64,000 nt of DNA from a candidate division FCPU426 bacterium. GTDB taxonomy: Bacteria; Oederibacteriota; Muellerivitia; Muellerivitales; Muellerivitaceae. The stretch lies in assembly GCA_963738405.1 (NCBI GenBank), contig CAVTWJ010000009.1:64001-128000 (forward strand), given 5' to 3'. A program made the translations under genes and the position numbers. Shown here in pieces: positions 1 through 9,546 of the stretch (position 1 is its first letter; the number at the start of each line of letters is the position of its first letter). A model generated the notes under the pieces. It made no database searches. It saw nothing but the letters and a program-made list of their open reading frames with translations, and was not told the DNA's origin.

Positions 1-55
1 TTTCCGGGTTTTAAGAGAAGAATTAAAATGAGTTTTAAAAGTCTGAAATAGAGGT

Positions 56-820
56 TCATGGATTCGACTTAACCGTGGTCGGTATGGGGAAATCGACCGG
101 CTGGGAAGAGGGCTTGAATTGACCGGCCCTTTTTTGCGCCTCGTGAATTTGATCGCCCGTCATGCGTTTTTCCAGCCACTCCAAATCATCATGCAGATCG
201 TTGGTTTTTTCCTCATCCAGGTCCGCCTGTTTCAGTGCGATTGAGAACCATTTGTAGGATTCTACAAAATCCTTAGGGTTTCCCTCGCCCATGGAATACA
301 TCTGCCCCAGATTAACCTGGGCATCCTCATCCCCCTGGTTGGCGGCTTTTTGAAACCAGGAAAGGGCAAGGGTTAGATCCTTGGCTCTGCCCTCCCCGCG
401 CGCGGCCATCAAAGCGAGGTTCATTTGGGCCGAAGCCAAACCCTGCGTCGCCGACTTGTTGAACCAATAGAGGGCTTTGGCGTCATCCCTTTTCACGCCC
501 AGGCCCGAATGGTAGAGAAAACCCAGGTTGTTCTGCCCGCCCGGATCACCTTTGCGGGCGGACCGCTCAAACCAAATTTTCGCTTGGGTGTAATCCTTCA
601 GAATCCCGTAGCCGTTTTCATACATCAGCCCCAAGGCGCATTGGCCCGCCGGGTCGTCCTTTTGGGCGCTTCGGCGGAAATAACTCAGGGCGGCGGTGAA
701 ATCCCTGGCCCGTAAGGCCTCTTGGCCTAACCGGAGGGAATCCTCAGCCCAAAGGGGATTGCGAACCGCCGTGAAAAACAAAATCGCGGGCAATATTAGA
801 AGAATTGTTGTTCTGTTCAT
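56..820 (-). CDS. Sel1-like repeat (SLR) secreted protein
   Basis: Signal peptide; repeated AQxxLGxxYxxGxGVxxD..A..WF..AA.QG Sel1 motifs. Confidence 0.9.
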   Translation of the reverse strand: MNRTTILLILPAILFFTAVRNPLWAEDSLRLGQEALRARDFTAALSYFRRSAQKDDPAGQCALGLMYENGYGILKDYTQAKIWFERSARKGDPGGQNNLGFLYHSGLGVKRDDAKALYWFNKSATQGLASAQMNLALMAARGEGRAKDLTLALSWFQKAANQGDEDAQVNLGQMYSMGEGNPKDFVESYKWFSIALKQADLDEEKTNDLHDDLEWLEKRMTGDQIHEAQKRAGQFKPSSQPVDFPIPTTVKSNP

Positions 821-889
821 TTAGAGGGGAAGCATAAGGAGAGCAAGGGCGAAGGGCAAGGGAAACCGGGAACGGGGAGGCGGAAGCGG

Positions 890-1252
890 TCAGACCTTAG
901 AAGTAAATTCCCCGGTGATGGCTTCCTTACGGTCGGGGAAGGTTTCCAGGTTTTGACTCAATTCCATAAACTCAAAGCCATCCTGGACTTCAGGCTTGAG
1001 GCCGAACAATACCATTTTCCCTCCCGCGTTTTTCAACCGGTGCTGAAATTCCAAGATCTGGCTCCAAGCCCCGGTGCTCACATACTGCACCTCCGTCAAA
1101 TCGAGCATCAGCCTGACCATGGAAGAAGGGGCGGATTGAAATGCATCAGCTAACTTTGTGAGGGTTCCAGCGTAAAGGAAACCTTTCAGTTCAAGGCAGA
1201 AAGTGTTCGTGAGTCGGGGAACGGCTTTTATTTCATACGTGAGCGAATCCAA
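890..1252 (-). CDS. STAS-domain anti-sigma factor antagonist
   Basis: 120 aa; LDLTEVQYVST and GGKMVLFGLKPEV motifs typical of SpoIIAA/RsbV-like STAS. Confidence 0.8.
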   Translation of the reverse strand: MDSLTYEIKAVPRLTNTFCLELKGFLYAGTLTKLADAFQSAPSSMVRLMLDLTEVQYVSTGAWSQILEFQHRLKNAGGKMVLFGLKPEVQDGFEFMELSQNLETFPDRKEAITGEFTSKV

Positions 1253-1429
1253 ATGAAAACTCCAACTCTTTAATACTTATTGGAGTTCACTATAGAAACA
1301 CTTTTGGCGATCTCTCTAGTGGAAAAGGACTTTAAAAGGGAAATCGATTGAGCGGTTCCCGGGCTCGAAACGGTCTCCGAGGCGGATTAACACTTTCCGG
1401 GATCGGATGAAGAAAAAAGATCGAAGGTC

Positions 1430-1903
1430 TTATAACACCAAACGCATCAAAACCATGCAAAGCAGGATGACCAACAAAGCCACCAAGGGAACAAGACTCA
1501 TGGCATTCACCGTTTTTTCGGCGTTAGGGGCGAATTTGTTTCCGTCCCAGACTTTTTTGAGCAGGGTCGGGCCAATCCGGGGAGCGAAGATCAATAGGAT
1601 CAAGGTGGCCGTCATGGCGATGGAGAAGGCGATCCCGTAGGGGGTGCCCATATCCTTGGCAGTGTGGATGGGCCCGAAGAGGGTTCCCCGGAGGATGCCC
1701 AGAAGAAAAGTCATTCCGCCTGAGGAAGCCATGAGGATACTGGTTTTCTTCAAAATACCCTCGTAGAAGGCCTTGGCCTCGGCTGAGGGCCTAGACAAGA
1801 TGCCGGGCCAAAGCACGAAATGCATATAGACCGCGCTTCCGATCAAAATCGAACCGAACATCACGTGCAGGTATTGAACGACGATCAAGCCGATATTGGA
1901 CAT
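1430..1903 (-). CDS. Four-helix integral membrane protein, unknown function
   Basis: Four hydrophobic segments; GGGGAG RBS upstream of ATG. Confidence 0.7.
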   Translation of the reverse strand: MSNIGLIVVQYLHVMFGSILIGSAVYMHFVLWPGILSRPSAEAKAFYEGILKKTSILMASSGGMTFLLGILRGTLFGPIHTAKDMGTPYGIAFSIAMTATLILLIFAPRIGPTLLKKVWDGNKFAPNAEKTVNAMSLVPLVALLVILLCMVLMRLVL

Positions 1904-1982
1904 GGGACTCCCCTTTAATGTTTCGTGGCGGCGTTATTTTATGGGGTCCCCGGAGAATATCAACAGTGAATGGCGAAATGCC

Positions 1983-2576
1983 TTAGTGCTTCCCCTTGCC
2001 CCAAACCGAGTCCAGGTACTCGTCCCGGCCTGAGTTGGAGTGGTAAAGGTTGTAATGGAGCGGGTTCTTTTTGTAGAAGTCTTGGTGGTAGTCTTCGGCC
2101 GGATAAAAGTTTATGAACTTTTTGACCGGCACCACGATGGGCTGGGGGTACCGGCCCGATTTGTCCAGGTCCGCCTTTGATTTTTCCGCCAGCTTTTTCT
2201 GCTCCTCGCTGAGGTAAAAAACCGCGGCGCGGTACTGGGGGCCCCGGTCCACGAACTGGCCGTTCGGGTCGGTTGGGTTGATCTGTTTCCAGAAAACATC
2301 CACCAGCTGGGCGTAGGTGATCTTGGAGGGGTCGTAAGTGATGGAAACACCCTCGGTGAAACCCTTCTCAGCGTAGTCGTCGTAGGTGGGGTTTTCGCCG
2401 GTCCCGTCGGCATAACCCGCGGTCACCTTCAAGACGCCCTTGAGCTGTTCAAAGGGCGGGGTCATACACCAGAAACAGCCCCCGGCGAAGACGGCGGATT
2501 GGGTTTGCGGCTGGGCGAAGGCAAGGGCGGCCGCTAGCATTCCCCCAGACAGGAATAAAAGAATCGATTTTTTCAT
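1983..2576 (-). CDS. msrA: Peptide methionine sulfoxide reductase A, exported
   Basis: FAGGCFWC and FYPAEDYHQDFY motifs; likely start ATG 2576 (MKKSILLF, signal peptide) rather than 2906. Confidence 0.93.
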   Translation of the reverse strand: MKKSILLFLSGGMLAAALAFAQPQTQSAVFAGGCFWCMTPPFEQLKGVLKVTAGYADGTGENPTYDDYAEKGFTEGVSITYDPSKITYAQLVDVFWKQINPTDPNGQFVDRGPQYRAAVFYLSEEQKKLAEKSKADLDKSGRYPQPIVVPVKKFINFYPAEDYHQDFYKKNPLHYNLYHSNSGRDEYLDSVWGKGKH

Positions 2577-2644
2577 GGTCTGCCTTTCGAGAGTTCTTGC
2601 TAAGAAATACGGCCCAAGGGGAAGGAAGTTACAAGAGGTGAAAC

Positions 2645-2679
2645 AAAAAAGGCCGCTCCCTATAAGGGAACGGCCTTTT
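2645..2679 (-). terminator. Intrinsic terminator of the TPR/beta-barrel gene
   Basis: Minus strand GGCCGTTCCC-TTATA-GGGAGCGGCC followed by a T run, just after the stop at 2692. Confidence 0.8.
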
Positions 2680-2691
2680 CGACACTTTATT

Positions 2692-3957
2692 TTAGAAGCT
2701 GTACCAATTGATGGAAGCGCCGATATCAAAACCAGTAAAATCAACCGTGGCGTAGGTTTCACCGTTCGTTCCGATATTGGCGGGGTTGTCGATATCCACG
2801 GTACCGTCCGAAAACTTGGCCAGGACCCAGGAGTTGCCGTCGGAGAGAGAACCCCGGAAATTAGAAATCTTGGCGTACCGCCCCCTGGCGAATAGTGAAA
2901 CGCCAAAGTTTGGCCCTACCGCGAAATCCCGCCCGATGCCGAACTGGAAACCCACGGTACCGGCAGTCAAATCCCCGCTGGGGTTATTGAAGTCGTTGAA
3001 GTAATTGGGATCGCCGTTGGAGAATTCATAATTCACCACACTGTAGTTTTCCGCCACACTGACCGTACCCGCATAATAGCCGACCCCGGCTGTAAGGAAA
3101 AAACGGCCTCCCGAGTCGGGAAGGAACAAGTAATAATCGAGAGTAATGGGTACCACATAGGGGGTCAGGGTGGTGGACCAGGAATCTTGGTTAAGATTTC
3201 CATTGTTGTCATATTCGGTTGCGGGCGCGGAATCAGAAGCATTGAAGGTGTAATCATTGGCCTGGATATAGCGCACGCCGATGGCGATTCCGTTGTTGGG
3301 ATTCAACAGGAATCCCAATTCCCCGCCGACGTTGAAACCTCCCGACTGCATGGAGGCGTTGCCATTGGTCATGCCAAAGAAATTCCCGGCGGCTACCTGG
3401 GCATTTTGGCTGTTGACGCTATTGGTCAAATCGCCCTGCTGGGAATAGGTATATCCAAAGTCAAAACGTGACCACATCTTGGCGTGATCCATGGGGGCCA
3501 AGCCATCGTTGTAATTAACCGGCGTGGGTTCAACGATGACCGGGCGTCTGCGCTTGATAACAATGGTTTCCTGCGCGGGTTGTTCTTGGTTATAAGAAGG
3601 CTGTTCGGGCTGGGTCTGCGCGGGGGCCGTATTGACGTTAGTGGAGCTCAGGTTGTCCACCATCACCTTCAGGGTTGGATTGTTGGGGTTAAGCTGAAGG
3701 CTCTTCTGGTAAGCCGCCACCGCGTCGGTTTGGTCGTTTTGCTTCATGTAGGCGTTGCCTAGGTCTTCAAAAGCCTGGGCATTGGCGGGGTCCGCTTGGG
3801 TGGCCTGCCGGAAATAACCCACGGCCTTATCGTAGAGGCCCTTTTGAAATACGGCCTGTCCCAAGGAATCGTATTCTTGGGATGTCATTTGTGCCCCGGC
3901 CAAGTAGGGGGTCAAAAAAAGAGAACAAAAGCTGAACAGCGTCAGGGTTTTCTTCAT
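2692..3957 (-). CDS. TPR-containing outer-membrane beta-barrel protein
   Basis: Signal peptide, N-terminal TPRs (AFEDLGNAY..AYQKSLQLNP), amphipathic beta strands, C-terminal Phe (INWYSF). Confidence 0.75.
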   Translation of the reverse strand: MKKTLTLFSFCSLFLTPYLAGAQMTSQEYDSLGQAVFQKGLYDKAVGYFRQATQADPANAQAFEDLGNAYMKQNDQTDAVAAYQKSLQLNPNNPTLKVMVDNLSSTNVNTAPAQTQPEQPSYNQEQPAQETIVIKRRRPVIVEPTPVNYNDGLAPMDHAKMWSRFDFGYTYSQQGDLTNSVNSQNAQVAAGNFFGMTNGNASMQSGGFNVGGELGFLLNPNNGIAIGVRYIQANDYTFNASDSAPATEYDNNGNLNQDSWSTTLTPYVVPITLDYYLFLPDSGGRFFLTAGVGYYAGTVSVAENYSVVNYEFSNGDPNYFNDFNNPSGDLTAGTVGFQFGIGRDFAVGPNFGVSLFARGRYAKISNFRGSLSDGNSWVLAKFSDGTVDIDNPANIGTNGETYATVDFTGFDIGASINWYSF

Positions 3958-4075
3958 GCGAGTCTCCTTAATGAATCTCTTAATTTGGACGTATGGACAG
4001 CTTCAAACGTTACGAGCGTGGATAGTATTTAAAAAAGGCACGGGAAAAGATGAGATATCCAGCATATCAAGGTTT

Positions 4076-6016
4076 CTAAAGAGCCGCCATGAGGCTCATA
4101 ACCCCGGGGCAGGAGGGGTTCAAGGCCAGAACCGATTGGTAGCAAAGCCGCGCCTTTGCCTTCTGGCCCAGTTTGGCGTAGGCCGAGGCCAGGTTGTAAT
4201 AGATCTCGTAATAGCGCCCGCCGGACAAAACCAGTGCGCGGAAGAAAAAGTCCTTGGCCGTTTGGTAATCCCCCATCTCATAGGCCAAGCTTCCCAGCCT
4301 CATGCAGGGCATGGGGTAGCGCTGGGGAAAAAGAAAACCATCCAGCCAGTCGGCCAAGGCGTTGCGGGGCATGGTTTTGATTTCATTTAAGGTTTTATCT
4401 TCGTCCAGGGATGTTATGCCCCAATCCTTCTCCAAATCCCTGGGGGTGACCGTGGGAAGGTTCGACGCTCCGCCGGGAGTCGCCCAAACGGCGGCTAGGT
4501 CATCCAGATAAACCATCCGCCATCCCGGCATCGCTAAAAGTTGTTTCGTCCAGGGGATATCGGCCATGTGGTCGTAAACCACCGCTTGAAAGTTATAGCT
4601 TTGGGCAAGGGCCGAAAGCCCGCCTTCGGCGTAACTTTGGTAATACTGTCTGAAAAGATTCTCGCCCATGACTTCCAACCGTCCGTCGATAAAAACCGGG
4701 GCCTGGGTTTCCCATTCCAAGAATCCCCCAAAGGCCATGTTGTTCAATAGGGGCGCCTGGAAGCCGCTGTTTTTTAGGAATTCACCGGCCCTTAAGGGAA
4801 GGTGCTCCTTGTCCATGCCCCAGCCGTTATGGACAATCCGGCGCTCCGAAACGTAATAGGCCCCTGTCGCCACCCTAAGACAGATAAAAAATATAAAGAC
4901 GGCAGCGCCCAACCCCAGCCACTTAGGCGGCGACCAAAGCTTCCATTGGTTTTCTTCTCCCGCGACTCGAAAGGTCAGCAGTTCCCTTACCGTCTTTGCC
5001 GCGAAAGGCAGGGCCGACAGGAAAAAAAGCGGAACATTGCGGATCGCCAGGGCCGAAAGGACGAAAAAGAAAACCGTCAGGGCATATTCGTGGAATTTTC
5101 GGCGGGGCAGGGTTCCCAGCACTAAGAGAAGAATAACAATGGAGAGGACGCGGTAGCTGTCCACGGGAAAGGCTGGAAAGAAGGGAGAATTGGCGACCGC
5201 CGAGGCCGTCCAGGGGGATTGGAGTTCGGACACCGTATTCTTGAAATAACTCGCGGGCGCCAAGCGGGTTAAAAGCAAAAAGGGAAAGGAAAGGGCCTTA
5301 AACCCATAGGGGTTCACCAGGGTGATAACGACGGAAGCAAGAAAGGTTTTGAGCAGGGAGGGGTTCAGCCGGTGGTTCTCAAAATAATCGGTCAGCAGGT
5401 AGGCGGCGATGACCGTCCAGCCCAGGGGGAAAAGGCCCTCCACATTTGCCCAGAGAAGATGAATCACGGGAATGAGAAACAAACCGCCCGTTTTTCCCTT
5501 GCGGTACAGATCCAAGCATAGAAAAACCGAAACCAAAAAGACCCAGGTGAGAATTTCGGGACGTGCTAAGAAACGGATTTCCATGGCCAGGGTGCAGGGA
5601 AGCAAAAAGAAAACCTGAAGCCAGCGGGGACAGCCGTCCAGGGAAAGTCGGATGGAGGTTAGGCCGCAGGCCAGAAGAATCAGGGCCATGTGGCATCCGG
5701 TTAAAAGGGAATAGCCCCCCAGCCGGTAAAGAAGAAGGGAAAAGACCTGGTAGAGCCATTGACTGTCCAGGTATTCATGGCCCGCGGCGGTATAAGTGAA
5801 AGAATCCTGTCGGGGCACGTCCAGGTGATCCAGAATCCACCTACCCGTGGCCAGGTGGAACCCCAGGTCGAAATCAAAGTTTTTCCGCGCGGCGAAAAGG
5901 AAGATCAGGGCGAAGCAAAGGGAAAGGGGCCAGACCCAGGGGTCGGCAAGAAAAAGCGAAAGTCTCTTATAGATCCGGCTGTAAAGGGGGCTGGGAGGGA
6001 CCGGGAGGGTATCCAC
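4076..6016 (-). CDS. Polytopic membrane protein with C-terminal TPRs, possible GT-C fold glycosyltransferase
   Basis: About 12 TM segments, DFDLGFHLATGRWI first loop, FIDGR motif, terminal TPRs. Confidence 0.6.
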   Translation of the reverse strand: MDTLPVPPSPLYSRIYKRLSLFLADPWVWPLSLCFALIFLFAARKNFDFDLGFHLATGRWILDHLDVPRQDSFTYTAAGHEYLDSQWLYQVFSLLLYRLGGYSLLTGCHMALILLACGLTSIRLSLDGCPRWLQVFFLLPCTLAMEIRFLARPEILTWVFLVSVFLCLDLYRKGKTGGLFLIPVIHLLWANVEGLFPLGWTVIAAYLLTDYFENHRLNPSLLKTFLASVVITLVNPYGFKALSFPFLLLTRLAPASYFKNTVSELQSPWTASAVANSPFFPAFPVDSYRVLSIVILLLVLGTLPRRKFHEYALTVFFFVLSALAIRNVPLFFLSALPFAAKTVRELLTFRVAGEENQWKLWSPPKWLGLGAAVFIFFICLRVATGAYYVSERRIVHNGWGMDKEHLPLRAGEFLKNSGFQAPLLNNMAFGGFLEWETQAPVFIDGRLEVMGENLFRQYYQSYAEGGLSALAQSYNFQAVVYDHMADIPWTKQLLAMPGWRMVYLDDLAAVWATPGGASNLPTVTPRDLEKDWGITSLDEDKTLNEIKTMPRNALADWLDGFLFPQRYPMPCMRLGSLAYEMGDYQTAKDFFFRALVLSGGRYYEIYYNLASAYAKLGQKAKARLCYQSVLALNPSCPGVMSLMAAL

Positions 6017-6030
6017 GGGAAAGGCGTACT

Positions 6031-6252
6031 TTAAGAGGCGGCGGAGATGACTTCCTTGAAGTCCTGAAGCAATACGCTTTGGACGATGGGAAGGGATGCC
6101 TGTTCGATGGTGTTTTGGGCCGGGTCAAAGGGAGCAAATTTAGTGGAGGCTGGATTGTCGGAGAAGGAAAAATCCTGGGCCGCCCGTTCGGGGGCGGGAA
6201 ACTCAGGGTAGGTGTAGGGCATGGCTTCTTCGGGTTTGGCGAACGGGTTCAT
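6031..6252 (-). CDS. Small hypothetical protein
   Basis: 73-aa ORF ending 14 bp before the next minus-strand gene; no recognisable motif. Confidence 0.4.
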   Translation of the reverse strand: MNPFAKPEEAMPYTYPEFPAPERAAQDFSFSDNPASTKFAPFDPAQNTIEQASLPIVQSVLLQDFKEVISAAS

Positions 6253-6390
6253 GTCTTCAGTTTATCCCTTGGCCTGGGGCTTTAAAACATTTTTTACAAG
6301 AAAGTTCCCTTGTTTCTTGTGAGTCTTTCCGCCCCAAGAGGACTAAAATAGGGGCGAGAGGCCGTTCTATCCCACGTTAGGAGGGCCGTC

Positions 6391-8283
6391 ATGAGCGTCG
6401 CCGATACCGCCAAACATTTAAACGAAAAAGAGAAAGAATCCCTGGAAGTGGCCGAGGGGGCCCGGGAAACCGAATGGACCCAGCCTTCTTTCGTGGCCGA
6501 ACTTTTTATGGGGCACTTTCGTCCCGATCTCATTTCCCCCTATCCCCTGCAATCGCCTGAGGATAAGGCCGTGGGCGATGAGTTCATGGGCCGCCTGGAA
6601 GCTTTTCTTAAAGAAAATCTGGACCCGGACGAGGTGGATAAGACCACCCTGCTTCCCCAAAAGGTGATCGACGGGCTGGCCAAATTGGGCTGTTGGGGAA
6701 TGAAGATCCCCAAGGAGTACGGCGGGCTAGGCCTTTCCCAGGTCAACTACAACCGCGCGGTGGCCTTGGTGGCCTCCTATTGCGGGTCTACCGCCGTTTG
6801 GCTTTCCGCCCACCAATCCATTGGCGTTCCTCAACCCCTAAAGCTTTTCGGAACCGAGGAGCAAAAGAAAAAATATTTTCCCAAGTTCGCGGCTGGCGCT
6901 GTCTCGGCCTTCGCCCTGACCGAGCCCGGTGTGGGAAGCGACCCCGCCCAGATGACCACCACCGCCGTACCCTCGCCCGACGGCAAGACCTGGACGATCA
7001 ACGGCTCAAAGCTTTGGTGCACCAACGGCCTAGTGGCGGACGTGATGGCGGTAATGGCACGCACACCCCCTAAGATGGTTCACGGCAAAGAGAAACAACA
7101 GATCACCGCCTTCATCGTCGAAAAGGGAACCCCCGGAATCGAATACACCCATCGGTGCGATTTCATGGGCATCCGGGCCATTCAAAACGGCGTCATCAAG
7201 TTCAACAACGTGAAGGTAACCTCTGACGCTATCCTTTGGGGCGAGGGACAGGGCTTGAAGCTTGCCCTCATTACCCTCAACACCGGGCGCCTCACCCTGC
7301 CGGCCGCCTCGGCGGGAATGAGCAAACAGGCTTTGCAAATCGCCCGCAACTGGGGCAAAGAAAGGGTGCAGTGGGGCCAGCCCATCGGCAAGCATGAGGC
7401 TGGGGCCGTCAAGATCGCCAACATGGCCGCCTCTACCTACGCCCAGGAAAGCATGACCTATTACACCTCCGCGCTGGTGGATAAGGGCGGGGCGGATATC
7501 AGGCTTGAGGCCGCCATGGCCAAACTGTTTTGTTCCGAAGCCTCTTGGAAAATCATCGACGACCTGATGCAGTTGCGGGGCGGGCGTGGATACGAGACAG
7601 CTGCTTCACTTATAGGCCGTGGCGAAAAGGGCTACGCGGTGGAGCGCATGATGCGCGACTCTCGTATTAACCGCATCATCGAAGGCACCAGCGAAATCCA
7701 GCACCTGTTCATCGCCCGGGAGGCGTTGGATAAACACATGCGCCTGGCGGGCGACCTGCTTTCCCCCAAAACCTCGATGGGCCAAAAAATAAACGCCCTG
7801 GTGAAGTGCGCCCTTTTCTATCCCTTCTGGTACCTGCGCATGTGGCTCCCAACCGGTTGCTGGCCCCGCTTCTCCGAATACGGTTCGCTGGCTGGACACA
7901 TGCGGTTCGTTGAAAGGAATTCCCGTAAATTAGCCCGTACACTCTTTCACCAAATGATCAAGTTCGGCCCAAAGTTGGAACGCAGGCAGATGATCCTGGC
8001 CCGCCTAGTCGAGGTAGGCACGGAATTATTCGCCATGGCGGCCGCCTGCTCCAAGGCCATGGCGGTTGAAAAAGAGAACCCTGACTTTCAGTGCTCCCGC
8101 GAACTAGCGGACCTCTTCTGCCGTCAGGCTCGCATCCGCGTCTACAACTATTTTGTGGGCGTCTGCTGGAACACCGACATCAGGGATTCCAAGGTTGCGG
8201 TAAAGGCTATGGAAGGCGTTTACGAATGGATGGAAAAAGGAATCATCGTGGATGACGGCGCGGGTTTTAGGGGGAAGAAATAA
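6391..8283 (+). CDS. Acyl-CoA dehydrogenase (long form with C-terminal extension)
   Basis: AFALTEPGVGSD, NGSKLWCTNG, QLRGGRGY, RIIEGTSEI motifs. Confidence 0.95.
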   Translation: MSVADTAKHLNEKEKESLEVAEGARETEWTQPSFVAELFMGHFRPDLISPYPLQSPEDKAVGDEFMGRLEAFLKENLDPDEVDKTTLLPQKVIDGLAKLGCWGMKIPKEYGGLGLSQVNYNRAVALVASYCGSTAVWLSAHQSIGVPQPLKLFGTEEQKKKYFPKFAAGAVSAFALTEPGVGSDPAQMTTTAVPSPDGKTWTINGSKLWCTNGLVADVMAVMARTPPKMVHGKEKQQITAFIVEKGTPGIEYTHRCDFMGIRAIQNGVIKFNNVKVTSDAILWGEGQGLKLALITLNTGRLTLPAASAGMSKQALQIARNWGKERVQWGQPIGKHEAGAVKIANMAASTYAQESMTYYTSALVDKGGADIRLEAAMAKLFCSEASWKIIDDLMQLRGGRGYETAASLIGRGEKGYAVERMMRDSRINRIIEGTSEIQHLFIAREALDKHMRLAGDLLSPKTSMGQKINALVKCALFYPFWYLRMWLPTGCWPRFSEYGSLAGHMRFVERNSRKLARTLFHQMIKFGPKLERRQMILARLVEVGTELFAMAAACSKAMAVEKENPDFQCSRELADLFCRQARIRVYNYFVGVCWNTDIRDSKVAVKAMEGVYEWMEKGIIVDDGAGFRGKK

Positions 8284-8473
8284 AACATTAAGTTGATGGT
8301 GTTATCCACGACTGGGACCCGTTTTTTATTGTTCGAGATAAGATTTTCCTAAAAACACCACCCCTTTTTTGAATAGATAATCAAAAGACCCCATTGGTTT
8401 TCTGGGTTCTCCTTTGACAAAATATTTGGGTTAGAAAACGCCCTGAAAGACGCTTTTCACCCAAGGATCCACC

Positions 8474-9430
8474 ATGTCATTCACCCATCGTTCCATCCTT
8501 CCGAAAGACATGGAATCTTGCGCCTCCAACCTTCGGGAAAATTTTGCCTATGATCCCGGCCTCCGCCGCAGGCTTCTTTCCCTTTGGCAGGAACTGGACT
8601 CGGCGGGAGGGTGGAACACTGTGGCGATCGATGACCGCCGTCTTCTCCCAGGAGAGAGGCTGGTCGGTTTCGGCATCTCGGTTTTCGTTACCGAGGCCTT
8701 CACGGCCCGGGCCCTCAAGGGGCTACCCCTGATTTCCCACGCCTTCCTGGAGCAATGGGAAAAGGGAGACAGGCCCTATCTTTCCCGAAAGGAAGTGGCC
8801 AAGGCCAACTCCGGGACCGGGCTCAACCTGTTGGTTCTCCACTATGGATGGAACGAGAAAAAAATAAACCCTGTGGATATCCCCAAGGTCCAGTTGAAAC
8901 AGACCGAGCGTTTCATCGAGCAGCACGCCGGTTACCGGGTCAAGGAATACATGCAGGAAGTCCACGGACCTTATTTGAGGGATTTCGTCCTGAGGGCCGG
9001 AAGCGTCCTGCGCCACGACTACCAGGAAAAGAAATGGAAAGCCGCTCTGAAAGGCGTGTCCAAGGCGGATTGGCCTTACCTGACCGGCTTCCGGCCCGAG
9101 GAAACCCTGGCCAACCCCGGCACCGCCGCCTCGATCTTCCAGGCAAAGACCCTTCAGCCCCGGTTCCGGTTGTCACCCAGCGAGCAAAAGATGTTGGAAC
9201 TGGCTTTGGAAGGGAAGACCGACGAGCAAATGGCTTCCAGCCTGGACCTTTCCCACTGGACGGTCAAGAAACGCTGGCAGTCGGTCTACCTGAAGGTCAA
9301 AAAAGCGGACCCCGACCTGGTCGACGACTCGGGGTCCCGTGAGGCCGGGGAAGGCCGCAACCGCCAGAGGCGGAGGCACCTGATGGATTACCTGAGAAAC
9401 CATCAGGAAGAATTAAGACCCCGGGCCTGA
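8474..9430 (+). CDS. Transcriptional regulator with C-terminal LuxR-type HTH and uncharacterised N-terminal domain
   Basis: LSPSEQKMLELALEGKTDEQMASSLDLSHWTVKKRW matches the LuxR/GerE HTH pattern. Confidence 0.8.
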   Translation: MSFTHRSILPKDMESCASNLRENFAYDPGLRRRLLSLWQELDSAGGWNTVAIDDRRLLPGERLVGFGISVFVTEAFTARALKGLPLISHAFLEQWEKGDRPYLSRKEVAKANSGTGLNLLVLHYGWNEKKINPVDIPKVQLKQTERFIEQHAGYRVKEYMQEVHGPYLRDFVLRAGSVLRHDYQEKKWKAALKGVSKADWPYLTGFRPEETLANPGTAASIFQAKTLQPRFRLSPSEQKMLELALEGKTDEQMASSLDLSHWTVKKRWQSVYLKVKKADPDLVDDSGSREAGEGRNRQRRRHLMDYLRNHQEELRPRA

Positions 9431-9546
9431 GACGTTCCTAAAGCCTTTCATTGATAATTCCCTGAAAACTACACCAAAAGGGGCCTATCCGAAAGATTCC
9501 CCCTTCCCATAATTGCCATCATCATTTGTGATCGATGGAGGGGAGC

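Noticed and set aside
2577..2906. Long N-terminal extension of msrA in the ORF track
   Set aside because: Overlaps the upstream gene and its terminator; ATG 2576 gives a clean signal peptide
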